Of a stretch of 64,000 bases of DNA, positions 45,384 to 55,600 are shown one piece after another (position 1 is the first letter of the stretch; each line of letters begins with the position of its first letter). The notes below the pieces were generated by a model. That model made no database searches, was not told the origin of the DNA, and saw only the letters and a list, made by a program, of their open reading frames with translations. A program made the translations under genes and the position numbers. The DNA is taken from the sequence record NC_009760.1. One strand, given 5' to 3'.

Positions 45384-46040
45384 ATGTTACCACCAAAAGA
45401 ACAAATGCAAGCGATGAAAGCAGATCAATCTAGATTCGAAGCGCCGAACCCAAATGCAAAGATGCCGGGCTTCGGGCCTCCTGATATTGGCGGTGAACCA
45501 AAAGGATACAATCCGCAGGAAGTACAAGATGCATGGGCAAACATGGATGATGAAGAAGGATTGGAACAACCAATTCCTGATGATGCAGATATGGGACAAG
45601 AAACAGGTGAAGTATTCTTCACAGAGCCTCCTGCATGGGAAGGTGTTGGCGAATATCCTGAACCAGTAAGTCTAAAACAAAAGGGCAACTCCTTCTTACA
45701 AGAAGAATTGATTTGTCCGGGCGGGCCACCAGTTCATCAAGTAAACTCATGGAAGAAACAGTTTAGTGAAGATGGTCATGGTGTATTCTTATCTACCCTA
45801 TACGATGAAGTATTCATTTGGCGTACATTATCTCGTACAGAGTACCGTGAAATTATGGCACTGCCTAATACTGACCCTCTTCAACGTGAAGAAGTTATCT
45901 GCGAGATTTGCGTACTATTCCCGTACGATTACAACTTCACTGAGATGGCGAACCGTAAAGCTGGTATCCCTGCTCAAATCGCAGAAGATATTATGAAAGA
46001 ATCAGGATTCGAAAAAGCTGCTCCTCCAATCAGACTGTAG
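45384..46040 (+). CDS. Tail assembly chaperone, 218 aa
   Basis: Position between tube genes and tape-measure-like genes. IWRTLSRTEYREI...CVLFP...ESGF domain. Confidence 0.65.
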   Translation: MLPPKEQMQAMKADQSRFEAPNPNAKMPGFGPPDIGGEPKGYNPQEVQDAWANMDDEEGLEQPIPDDADMGQETGEVFFTEPPAWEGVGEYPEPVSLKQKGNSFLQEELICPGGPPVHQVNSWKKQFSEDGHGVFLSTLYDEVFIWRTLSRTEYREIMALPNTDPLQREEVICEICVLFPYDYNFTEMANRKAGIPAQIAEDIMKESGFEKAAPPIRL

Positions 46041-46049
46041 GTGATATAT

Positions 46050-46838
46050 ATGAATCCACAACAGATTGAAGCAATGATTCTTAGCTTCCGGAATGAGTAC
46101 AAGGAAGTATATCTCACTACAGTTGGTAACGAGGATTATATATGGAGAACATTAACACGAAAAGAACATCGTGAGATTGCGGAGTTTGCACCGGATGAAT
46201 ACAGTGCATTCGAACGTATCTGTCAGACATGCGTGCTATATCCGGTAATGGATTGGACAAGAACTCTTGCCTACTTACCGGAAGAACTTGCACCGCAGAT
46301 CATTGAGGAGTCAGGGTTTGGTAGCTTCCGTAAAGAGAAGCCCCTCCTTGACATCTTCCGAAAAGAATTAGAATCATTTGAGGCACAGGCGGAAATCATC
46401 GTCAATCGTGCCTTTCCTTATATCACATTCGAGATGATGGAGAACTGGACAAAAGAGAAGCTACTCAAGTATGTAGCGAAAGCAGAATGGCAACTCATCA
46501 ACATCGAAGGATATAAACATATGGCGCTTGTAACCGATGAGGAGATTCGTCAAATGAAGGAAGAAGAAGGAGAAGAGGTTGAGGAAACAGAAGAGGAAGA
46601 GGAGTTCGACATTATGGTCATTGCCAACGAGATGCGTAAAGCAGGGCAAGACCCAATGTTCGCATTACGCTCCCTGTACCAAAAACCAAAGACTCCTTAT
46701 GTAGAACGACCTATGATTGGTGGATTCCATCAAGTAGATACAATGATTGCAGGGACAACGGCTTGGAGAGGACGTGGCATGAACTATGGCAGATACGACG
46801 CAATACAGGAACAAGTACAGAGGGTATCTCGAAGATGA
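46050..46838 (+). CDS. Tail assembly chaperone paralog, 262 aa
   Basis: IWRTLTRKEHREI...CVLYP...ESGF matches the upstream gene. AGGTGA RBS fits ATG 46050. Confidence 0.65.
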   Translation: MNPQQIEAMILSFRNEYKEVYLTTVGNEDYIWRTLTRKEHREIAEFAPDEYSAFERICQTCVLYPVMDWTRTLAYLPEELAPQIIEESGFGSFRKEKPLLDIFRKELESFEAQAEIIVNRAFPYITFEMMENWTKEKLLKYVAKAEWQLINIEGYKHMALVTDEEIRQMKEEEGEEVEETEEEEEFDIMVIANEMRKAGQDPMFALRSLYQKPKTPYVERPMIGGFHQVDTMIAGTTAWRGRGMNYGRYDAIQEQVQRVSRR

Positions 46839-49800
46839 CGCTGACACATATCTAAGTCCCGAAATGGATCCTACAGCAAAAGTAATAATGGGAGGAATAG
46901 CCACTGTCGGTCTTGTTGCCGGTGGCTATTTAGCTTTCAAGAAGGGTGCGCTAAAGGATGTCATGCACTCTACGATTGCGAAGGCAGGTAGTTTCCGTAG
47001 AGGGAAAACAATTGCAATGAATGATGCGGTTCGGAAATGGTCACAAGATGACCGCATGGATGAACTAGGCAACGCCGTGATGAACTTAATGAAAGGCAAG
47101 CCGAAGGAAAGTAAGAAGAGTGCAAAAGAGTTTTTAGATGTCATGAGAGACTTTAAGCGTCACAAAGATGGTGCATTGCAAGAACATGCTGACCGTGTGG
47201 CTCGTATGAAGGAGTCTCAATTACGTGATAGAGAAATCGAAATCAAGACAGAGATGGCTTCTCATAAAGCGATGCAAGAACGCTTCCGTAAAGATAATAA
47301 TGATGAGAAAGCTGTACAGCGTGTATCGAAGTTATTTGACCAAACAATATTCGATAGACGTAACCTTGATAAGAAACTAGAGAAAGCTCGCGAACTGCAA
47401 ACAGGATTCCGTCATGCGACAATCAACGACCTGATTCGTTTAGGTGAGATCAACGAGGCAGAGGATTGGGTGCAAGAAGGGATTACTATCTCGACTCGTG
47501 AGTTTATGAAGAAAGCACAAGGCGAAGAGGCGATTAAGAAAGCTGGCGAGGATGGACGCAGACACTTCTTAAACAAAGTAGCTGACAACAGCATACTAAT
47601 TGATAAGAAGGATAAGATTGCTGACCTGCGTGACTTCCGTGATACATTCGAAGGTATGGTACATAGTTTAACAACAGACTTTACGATTCCACTTGTAAAG
47701 ATTAACCCGCTTCGTATGTTTTACATGGATCACTTCTTCACAGATAAATCAAAGCCATTGTTCCACGTTGCTACGTCTGATACAAAGAATCCAATTGTAA
47801 CGGGTCACAACGGTGCGCAAGGTAAACCGATTGTCTTTGCTGACGGAAAACTATTTGATGTGATGCACAAAGATGAAGCCGGTAATATGGTGACGAAACA
47901 AATCGACGGTGACTACTTCTTAGCAGACGCACAGAAGGGGCCTGTCGCACGATTACTTCGTAACATGTCCGGTATATCTATTTCAGAGTTCAGTAAGCCT
48001 GAGGCGAACGCTCCGTTCATCAAAAAGGCAAAGTATCATCTAGGTTCATTCTTTGATGTAGGTTTCCAAGATGAGCCGGGAGGACAATTAGATTTACTTG
48101 ACCCGACGAGTTGGGGTACATCCTTAATCAATACGGTAACAGGACGCTTCCGTCAAAGTGAATATGTAAAACGTATGGACTATTTATCAAATGCCTTCGG
48201 TAAAGATAAAGACTTCATCTACATGCGTAGACACATGGACTTAAAGGATGCGCCTAGCTATAAGGATTACCTGAATCAGTTCCGTGCAGGTCGAGACAAT
48301 ATGGATGAAGTAACAATGTCTACGATGTTTGGATATGGATTCTTCGAACGTCTAAACGCTACGCTGAACCAAGTGAACTTAGGTCTATCGAACAAAGCGC
48401 TCGGTTCTGCTTACGATGTATTCGAAGGACTGTTATTAAAACGTGTCGCTCCAATATGGGCTGGTATGGAACTATGGGATTACATGAACTATGAATCTGA
48501 GAATCTATTAGGGTTCCAATTCGAAGACCGATTCGCACAGATGTATGCAAACAGTTCTGTAGAGATTGCGAAGGTTCGTGATAACCTCGGCATTACAGAT
48601 TGGGCGAAAGGTGTTGCGCCGTTATTAGTAGGCGGTAGCGAACTTGCGGAGATTCCAATACTCGGTAACCTGCTAGACTGGAATGATACAGCAGAAGAAA
48701 CGCAGGACTACTGGGAGAATGGTGAAGTCGCTGTTCGTAAAGGTCGTTGGTGGCAATTAGGTAATACACCATACATCGGTGGTAAAACAGAATACTACCA
48801 ACCGAACTGGGTACGAAGAACATTAGCTGATGTGAAGTTCTCTGAATCACAGTATGGATCCCGTGAAGAATATTATGAGAATAGCTGGATGCCATCACTA
48901 CGTCATCCATTCGCACCAATCAAACACTTCTTTACTGACCAGTATCACTGGGAGGAGAAGCACTATCAAGACAGACCGTACATGATTACCGGTGGTATTC
49001 CTGAGATTGAAAACTTCCCGTTAATTGGGCCTATCTTAAATAGTACAATTGGTCAGCTATTAAAACCGCAACGTCAGATGCATATGGAAGCGTGGAACGG
49101 AGATGTACAAGGTATGCCGTTACCAGTCCCTCCTGAAACACTTGAGTATGCACAAGAGCGTACTGTGCCGATGACATTTGATAATGACGGGAATGCATCC
49201 TTCGGTTTCGCTTCAAATGAAGATAACGAGACAGATGAAGATGGCAATACGGAAATTGATCCGGGCGCAAGCGTACCTATCTTAACGCAGGGTGCTGCTT
49301 ATAATATGTTGCCTCCTGAAACGAAGGAACAAAACCAAGCCTTACAAGAGAAGCTATTCTCTTACATTACGGCTGGCGGTCAAGTGCAATTACTTCGTGG
49401 TGATCCAGGGGCAACAATATGGGATGCAACTTCTGTTATGGATACGAAGGCTCCAATGAGTACCGGTCTATTCAAACAGGAACGTCTGCCGATGAATAAG
49501 GATAAAGTAGAGACAGGTGCGCCACTAGAGACAGATGTACAACTACATCAAATGTTAGGGAACCTGCACTACAACATGACAGAGATGGGCGGATTCTACG
49601 GATTCATTACGACAAGTATCTTTGGTCAAGTCGGTAACAGCAATCCTATCCTGCAATCATCATCTGACCTGTCATCTTATACTCGTGCCTTTTGGGATAA
49701 TGACATCGGTGGTTTCGGAGGAGATGCCAATGAGATATTCCGTCGTTTCTTACCATCGGAAACATTTGAACATAAACAAAATGAAATCAACCCTGTAGCA

Positions 49801-52578
49801 AATACGATGCCGGACTGGTTACCGGGTAGCGATTACTTCGTTAACTTCCAAACAGGTGACCCCTACATCAAAGTGAAGAAGGGTGAATCACGTTTACCGG
49901 GCGAAGGGTATGAACGTTTATACAACATTGATTCTGAGAAGATGATGAAGCTAGATATTGGTGCATCCTTCATTGGATATGACGAACAACAGATTCGTGA
50001 CCATATGTTAAAGCGTGATGCCTATAAAGCAGAAGCCTTCAATAAGATTCTAAAAGCTGGTACGAAGATACATGAGCAAGTAGAGAAAGACTTACTGGCA
50101 AAAGGCGTAGCAGATGCGTCTGAGGAATATGTAAAGGATGAAGCAACAGGCATTGGCGGATTCTTCGACTTGTATGCAAACAATACAAAGCTACTCGACT
50201 GGGCGTTACAACAGAACGTAGCAGAGTTTAAATTCTATCAAACGCCACGAGAGGAAAGCGGAAGAGAACCGTCAGAAGCACTCGGCGGATTCTATGAAGA
50301 GGTCGATGTATTAAATGACATGGATAATACCCAGCGTCAAAGTTTCCTTGAACAATTCGTAGATGTGTATGGACAGGAAAGTGCGACAGTCGATATTAAG
50401 ACCCGTGGTGCAAAAGCATTCGCTAAAGAAGGGATGCACTTTGAGAACGTACAACAGCTTAACTTCTATGCAAAGCAAAAGGGTACACGCATGAACTACT
50501 TCATTGAGTTAAACCGTGACAACCCCGATGCAGGGATTAAGATATTTGCGTTCCAACAAAGTGATGACCTGCTGAACTATACGACGGAAAAAGTACAACG
50601 AGTGCGAGAAGGTATCCGTCAAGACATGGAATCCGGTAAGCTACATCGTGGTGACCTCTATGATCCAATCGACAGATTCAGAATACTAGCTGACGTTGCG
50701 CCGTACTCACAAGAGTATCGTGATATGAAAGGTCAGCTATCGAATATGAACTTAGATGAAGATGATATGAAGGAAGCGCAGGAGATTAAGAAGCAAGTAT
50801 CAGAACGAAAGCACAAGTATCGTTTCTATGACTACCGCTTCAAGACTGCGAATGTCGATGAAAAGATGGTTACAGTAGACCATGTAATCGACAGTAATAC
50901 ATTCGTATCTATGGAGTTTCCTGATAATCCAATCCGTCTGGCTGGGGTTCGTGTAAGTACCGCAAAGGATAACCCGATTGCAGACGAGGCGGCTCGTGTC
51001 ATTGGTCAAACCATCAAGGAAGGTTCGAAGATTCGTATACAGTATGATGCTGACGAGCAGAACCAAATCAAGGATGATACGTATAAGACGCTCCAAGCGG
51101 TTGTATACGACCACAAAGGACGTAACCTAAACAAATACCTTATCGACAATGAACTCGCAAAAGAGAAAGAGAATGACTACTCTGCGGCTGCGGTTCATGC
51201 ACGATTTACACCGGGTGAAATTAAGTTCGGTTCGATGTGGGAAAGCTTTGCTCATATGGATACTATCCTGCATACAAAGTTACTACAAGTTCGTTCTCCG
51301 CTTGAGTCTTATGAGCGCCGTGAAGTATACGGAAAAGACTGGCAAGAATGGACTGACCCAATTGAAGACTTCCTGATTCCTGCGATTCAGAGTTCTGCTA
51401 TTCATAATCCCGTTGTCGCAATCGGCGGTGGAGCAATTGCTGGTATGATGTTTGGTTCTCTAAAACCATCTGATATTGGCGGAGAGAAAGTTATTGGTCG
51501 TTACGGGAAGATCGTCGGCGGATTCATCGGTGCATCTGTTATGGGTATCGCTGTACTGAACCGTATGCTTACAGAAGCCATAACAGGAGAAGCATGGATT
51601 CCAGAACGTAGACAGAAAGAGCGTGACACAGAAGAATACTTCGATGTGTTAGAGTACATTAAGTACAACGCACTGTATGACCAGTATTCAAGAAAGGCAT
51701 TAAAGGAAGAAGGCATCAACGTTGAATCGTATTTAAGCAACGAGAAGTTCGAAGGAGATAAGCGTAAGCAAGATAAGACTGCCTTACAGGAAATCAAGAA
51801 AGAACTGTATCGTTCTCGTGCGAATCAAGTTGGGCCACTCATTGCGAAACTACGTGAGCAGTATGGCATCGAAGCAGAGACAAAAGAAGAAGCGATGAAA
51901 GCCATCAATAAAGAAATCACGAGTCTTACAACGCACAGGGAGATTAAAGAACTGTCTCCCATTGCAGCAAAAGCAATCATGTATAAACAGGCTGCGAAAC
52001 AAACGATGTATGGATACGAAGCAGGTGACCCAATTGCGAATATCTTATCGGCATTGCCGAAGAAAGACCGTGAGTACCTGACTCCATTTATCAAAGCGCC
52101 TGAGGAAGAAAGACAGAGAATCCTAGACATCGTGCCGAATTACATGAAACGTGTACTACAATCAGCATGGGGATTAGATGTAGATGAAAAGACACCACTG
52201 AAAGATTACTTTAAGAAACATGCACTGCCGGGTGCGAACTGGGAAGGTTGGAGAGAGAACGTATCTCTTGATGACATAAAGGTCAAGTTTGTTGACCGAG
52301 TGGGACTCGACCCGTCAGAATTTAATATATGGGAAAATGACAAACAACGTGCTGATAGGCTGAACGTACCAACGCCTGATGTGTTCAATGGACGAGAAAG
52401 TGCAGAAGAGTATTCTCGTAAGTTAAAAGAAATTTTAACAGGCTCTAATATTCATGGACTAAATATTGATATAATAGAGTCAGACAAACCGGGAACACAT
52501 ATAAATATGAACATTGCGCATGATCGACGTGACGATGTTCAGAAAATTATCAACCGTGATGGTCATTACATGTTATAA
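46786..52578 (+). CDS. Giant tape-measure-like virion protein (1930 aa) with PD-(D/E)XK nuclease and degenerate SNase domains
   Basis: Follows the chaperones. Helical, with Gly-rich hydrophobic segments. GTKIH, GFFD, VDIKT and QLNFY nuclease motifs, plus VIDSNT/IRLAG SNase-like motifs. Confidence 0.75.
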   Translation: MADTTQYRNKYRGYLEDDADTYLSPEMDPTAKVIMGGIATVGLVAGGYLAFKKGALKDVMHSTIAKAGSFRRGKTIAMNDAVRKWSQDDRMDELGNAVMNLMKGKPKESKKSAKEFLDVMRDFKRHKDGALQEHADRVARMKESQLRDREIEIKTEMASHKAMQERFRKDNNDEKAVQRVSKLFDQTIFDRRNLDKKLEKARELQTGFRHATINDLIRLGEINEAEDWVQEGITISTREFMKKAQGEEAIKKAGEDGRRHFLNKVADNSILIDKKDKIADLRDFRDTFEGMVHSLTTDFTIPLVKINPLRMFYMDHFFTDKSKPLFHVATSDTKNPIVTGHNGAQGKPIVFADGKLFDVMHKDEAGNMVTKQIDGDYFLADAQKGPVARLLRNMSGISISEFSKPEANAPFIKKAKYHLGSFFDVGFQDEPGGQLDLLDPTSWGTSLINTVTGRFRQSEYVKRMDYLSNAFGKDKDFIYMRRHMDLKDAPSYKDYLNQFRAGRDNMDEVTMSTMFGYGFFERLNATLNQVNLGLSNKALGSAYDVFEGLLLKRVAPIWAGMELWDYMNYESENLLGFQFEDRFAQMYANSSVEIAKVRDNLGITDWAKGVAPLLVGGSELAEIPILGNLLDWNDTAEETQDYWENGEVAVRKGRWWQLGNTPYIGGKTEYYQPNWVRRTLADVKFSESQYGSREEYYENSWMPSLRHPFAPIKHFFTDQYHWEEKHYQDRPYMITGGIPEIENFPLIGPILNSTIGQLLKPQRQMHMEAWNGDVQGMPLPVPPETLEYAQERTVPMTFDNDGNASFGFASNEDNETDEDGNTEIDPGASVPILTQGAAYNMLPPETKEQNQALQEKLFSYITAGGQVQLLRGDPGATIWDATSVMDTKAPMSTGLFKQERLPMNKDKVETGAPLETDVQLHQMLGNLHYNMTEMGGFYGFITTSIFGQVGNSNPILQSSSDLSSYTRAFWDNDIGGFGGDANEIFRRFLPSETFEHKQNEINPVANTMPDWLPGSDYFVNFQTGDPYIKVKKGESRLPGEGYERLYNIDSEKMMKLDIGASFIGYDEQQIRDHMLKRDAYKAEAFNKILKAGTKIHEQVEKDLLAKGVADASEEYVKDEATGIGGFFDLYANNTKLLDWALQQNVAEFKFYQTPREESGREPSEALGGFYEEVDVLNDMDNTQRQSFLEQFVDVYGQESATVDIKTRGAKAFAKEGMHFENVQQLNFYAKQKGTRMNYFIELNRDNPDAGIKIFAFQQSDDLLNYTTEKVQRVREGIRQDMESGKLHRGDLYDPIDRFRILADVAPYSQEYRDMKGQLSNMNLDEDDMKEAQEIKKQVSERKHKYRFYDYRFKTANVDEKMVTVDHVIDSNTFVSMEFPDNPIRLAGVRVSTAKDNPIADEAARVIGQTIKEGSKIRIQYDADEQNQIKDDTYKTLQAVVYDHKGRNLNKYLIDNELAKEKENDYSAAAVHARFTPGEIKFGSMWESFAHMDTILHTKLLQVRSPLESYERREVYGKDWQEWTDPIEDFLIPAIQSSAIHNPVVAIGGGAIAGMMFGSLKPSDIGGEKVIGRYGKIVGGFIGASVMGIAVLNRMLTEAITGEAWIPERRQKERDTEEYFDVLEYIKYNALYDQYSRKALKEEGINVESYLSNEKFEGDKRKQDKTALQEIKKELYRSRANQVGPLIAKLREQYGIEAETKEEAMKAINKEITSLTTHREIKELSPIAAKAIMYKQAAKQTMYGYEAGDPIANILSALPKKDREYLTPFIKAPEEERQRILDIVPNYMKRVLQSAWGLDVDEKTPLKDYFKKHALPGANWEGWRENVSLDDIKVKFVDRVGLDPSEFNIWENDKQRADRLNVPTPDVFNGRESAEEYSRKLKEILTGSNIHGLNIDIIESDKPGTHINMNIAHDRRDDVQKIINRDGHYML

Positions 52579-52604
52579 GGAGTTCGGTTGCGGACTCCTT
52601 TTTT
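52577..52604 (+). terminator. Intrinsic terminator between the two giant genes
   Basis: AAGGAGTTCG-GTTG-CGGACTCCTT followed by TTTT. Confidence 0.7.
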
Positions 52605-52622
52605 ATACAGAAAGGGGTTGCG

Positions 52623-55600
52623 ATGATGAATAACTATAACGAAAACTATGCACGAGAAATATTCTTCAACCGCATGATGTACTTTATCAATGAGATAAAG
52701 ACTGGCATGGTGAAAGATGGTGTTCAGAATCCTGCGGCTGAACAACAACTATTAACACAGGCGCACAATGTGATACAAGCGCAGACGATGGCGGATACAA
52801 ACTACAAGTTCCAACTGAATAACATCTATGCATTAACACGAAACTCTGACCCGGTTACATTAGGGAATACAATGGCAAACAATATCAAGGACTTAGGTTA
52901 CTTACCTGATTCGATGAAACGTGTTGCCGAACGACAAGCGGTATCCTTTACGGAGGAACTAAACTCATTTATGTCAGGGTTACAATCGAGAGGTTTAACG
53001 AATACGTCAACATCCGTTGTAAAAGCAAATAGTATGTTAACGAATACCGAAACATTTATCCGTCATGATCTGTATCAAAGCGTGGAGGACATCGGTATCA
53101 TTGGTCGTCGTATTCATGACCAAAACTTCTATCACGATAATGTATTCGCACAAGTTAACGAGGCAATCTTCCAGTATACACAGGGAGCTGATGCAGTTGA
53201 CCAGCAAGGACGTAAAGTTGGATTCTCCGACTTAGAAAGAAGCTATCGTGATTATCTCATGACACAATCTATTACAGCGCAAGAGATGGATAGATGGGGC
53301 GTAATCGGGTATACCGACGACAAGATTAATAAGGTACTTGCCAACATTGACCATGACCCTGCTTCCTTCCGTATCTTCGCTCATGATTTACAACAAGGTG
53401 TGAATCAATACACTCGTTTAATCAAAGGCGACAGACAACAGCTAAACGGCGTGCGACAAATCTTAAAGGATGCAGAAGCGCAAAAGAAACCTTTAGTTGA
53501 AGTTATTGAGAAGTCGTATGCGAATACGAAGATCGGGCAAGAGGTATTAAAGAAAGTACGAGCAAGTGGGAATAAGACAGATGATTACGTTCGTAACATG
53601 ATGCGTAACTTCATGATGATGAAAGGCAATATGGAAGTACCGGTGGTTCTTGCATCTAGTGTCACTGACCAAACGCAACGTATGGTAGATGCTATCGGCG
53701 GAGCAATGAAAGAGATGAACAATCCGAAGAATCCTGACTATGCCTTGTATCAAAAGTACCGTGGCATCAAAGGTGAGCATACGAAGTTTATGAACGAACT
53801 GTACACGATTCGTAAAGAGGCGAACGTAGAAGGTAGCTTATACATAAACAATCAAGAGAGTTTATCTCACCGTGCAAACAGTATGAATATGAATGAAGAT
53901 ACGAACGTTGCTTACAAGAAGGAAACTCTCCCTGATGTAAACGGTGAAGACCGTCCACGATTAAATGGAGAGAAACGTTCAACACTACCATCGCAAAGCA
54001 ATGAGTATGTATCGAGAACATATGATACGAAAATGGGTTCTGTTATTCATATTGATGAAGCAAACAATACGTACTATGAATCCAATCGTCTTGCTATGAT
54101 CTTGGATGCAAATGACGAAGCGGAACGTAAACATAAACGAGCAATCGAGGAACAATTGGCAGAAGGTCGTGAACGTCCACAACAACCAATGAATAGATTC
54201 CGTAATATCTTCGCCCAGTATTTTGTAGAGACAGGAAGCGAAGAAGCAAAACGATTAGCTGGCAAAGCAGAAGCAGACCTATCGGTGGTATTCAATAAGG
54301 ATAAGTATGACCCGTCTATGCGTAACGTTATATCGGAAGCTACCTTCAATGATATTAAGGAACGTATTGCTAACAAAGAAGTATCATACGAAAACTTTAG
54401 CATCACTCGTTATCAAGCGAAAGACCGTAACCAACGTAGCGTTGATAAGTGGGAATCGGCACTAGAGAATAACGAGTCCATTCGTATGAAGGGTAGCGAG
54501 GTTGGTCACCGCATCGTTCCGAATAAAGATGGTCGTGCCGTAAGTTCAGATGGCTACGTTACATTAGAACGTGAACATGAACTGGTAGAGAATGCACGTA
54601 TCAAGATGAAGGTTGAACAGGAGAATGTACAAGACCTACTCGACCAAATGGATGAACGACGTAGACGAGCGAAGGTTACAGAAGAAGCGTCTCGTAAAGT
54701 TGTAGAAGAAATCCAAGACGACGCATTCATTAACATTCGATACAAGCAAGAGGCTGTAAGCGAAGACCTGAAAAACCGTAGTGAGTTCTTGTACGAACGA
54801 CTATCGAATACAGATAAATACTTACAAGATAATGACCTAACGAAGTACGGCATTAAAGAAGCGAACGTTCGAGCAATTGATATTGCGAATGAGTTCAATG
54901 TATATCGTAAGAATTTAACGGAATTGGATCCGGAAGGTATCGAGCATCGTAAGTCATTACCGAAGTTCTTATTACGTATGGCAGAATCTCATGCGCCGTG
55001 GATGATGGATGATACATCTGAACTGGTGAGTCATTCTGAGGTTGCACTTCGTGAAGTATTAAACCGTATGGCGAATGGTCAACAGACTATCGACTTAACG
55101 GACGAAGGTTTACTAAAAGAGTTCGATGTATATGCAGAACGTGATGCAATGGGGCAACTCACACAGCGTGCTGAAAAGCAACGTAACCAGTTCATTGAAA
55201 ACCTAGCAGGTCGTAATATCTCGCAACGACTAGAAGATAATTTATTCTTAAAAGTGCTTGGCGAGATGGTACAACAGAACTTCCAAGACAAGGGTACAAA
55301 TGGCGGAGTTGAAAGTTTAATCCGTGCGGCTGCTGATATGGCAGAGCAAAATGACCGCCGTGGGATTGCGCATGATATTCATTCCATGATTAAGTCTCCA
55401 ACAATGGAGTTCTTATTTAAAGAACACGGATACTATGCACAGGCAAGATCATTAACACCTGACCAAATTGGACGTATCATTCGTGAACGAGAAATGACAG
55501 AAGCATCAATGGTATCGTTCGAACGACTAATACAGAATGATGTGGACTTTAGCACGGCTGATGAGATATGGTCACAGCGTGGTATCAACCCAATGGAGGG

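Noticed and set aside
46005-46040. -1 frameshift site at the end of the first chaperone (TTC GAA AAA GCT)
   Set aside because: It is not an X XXY YYZ heptamer, and the downstream gene is in the 0 frame, not -1.
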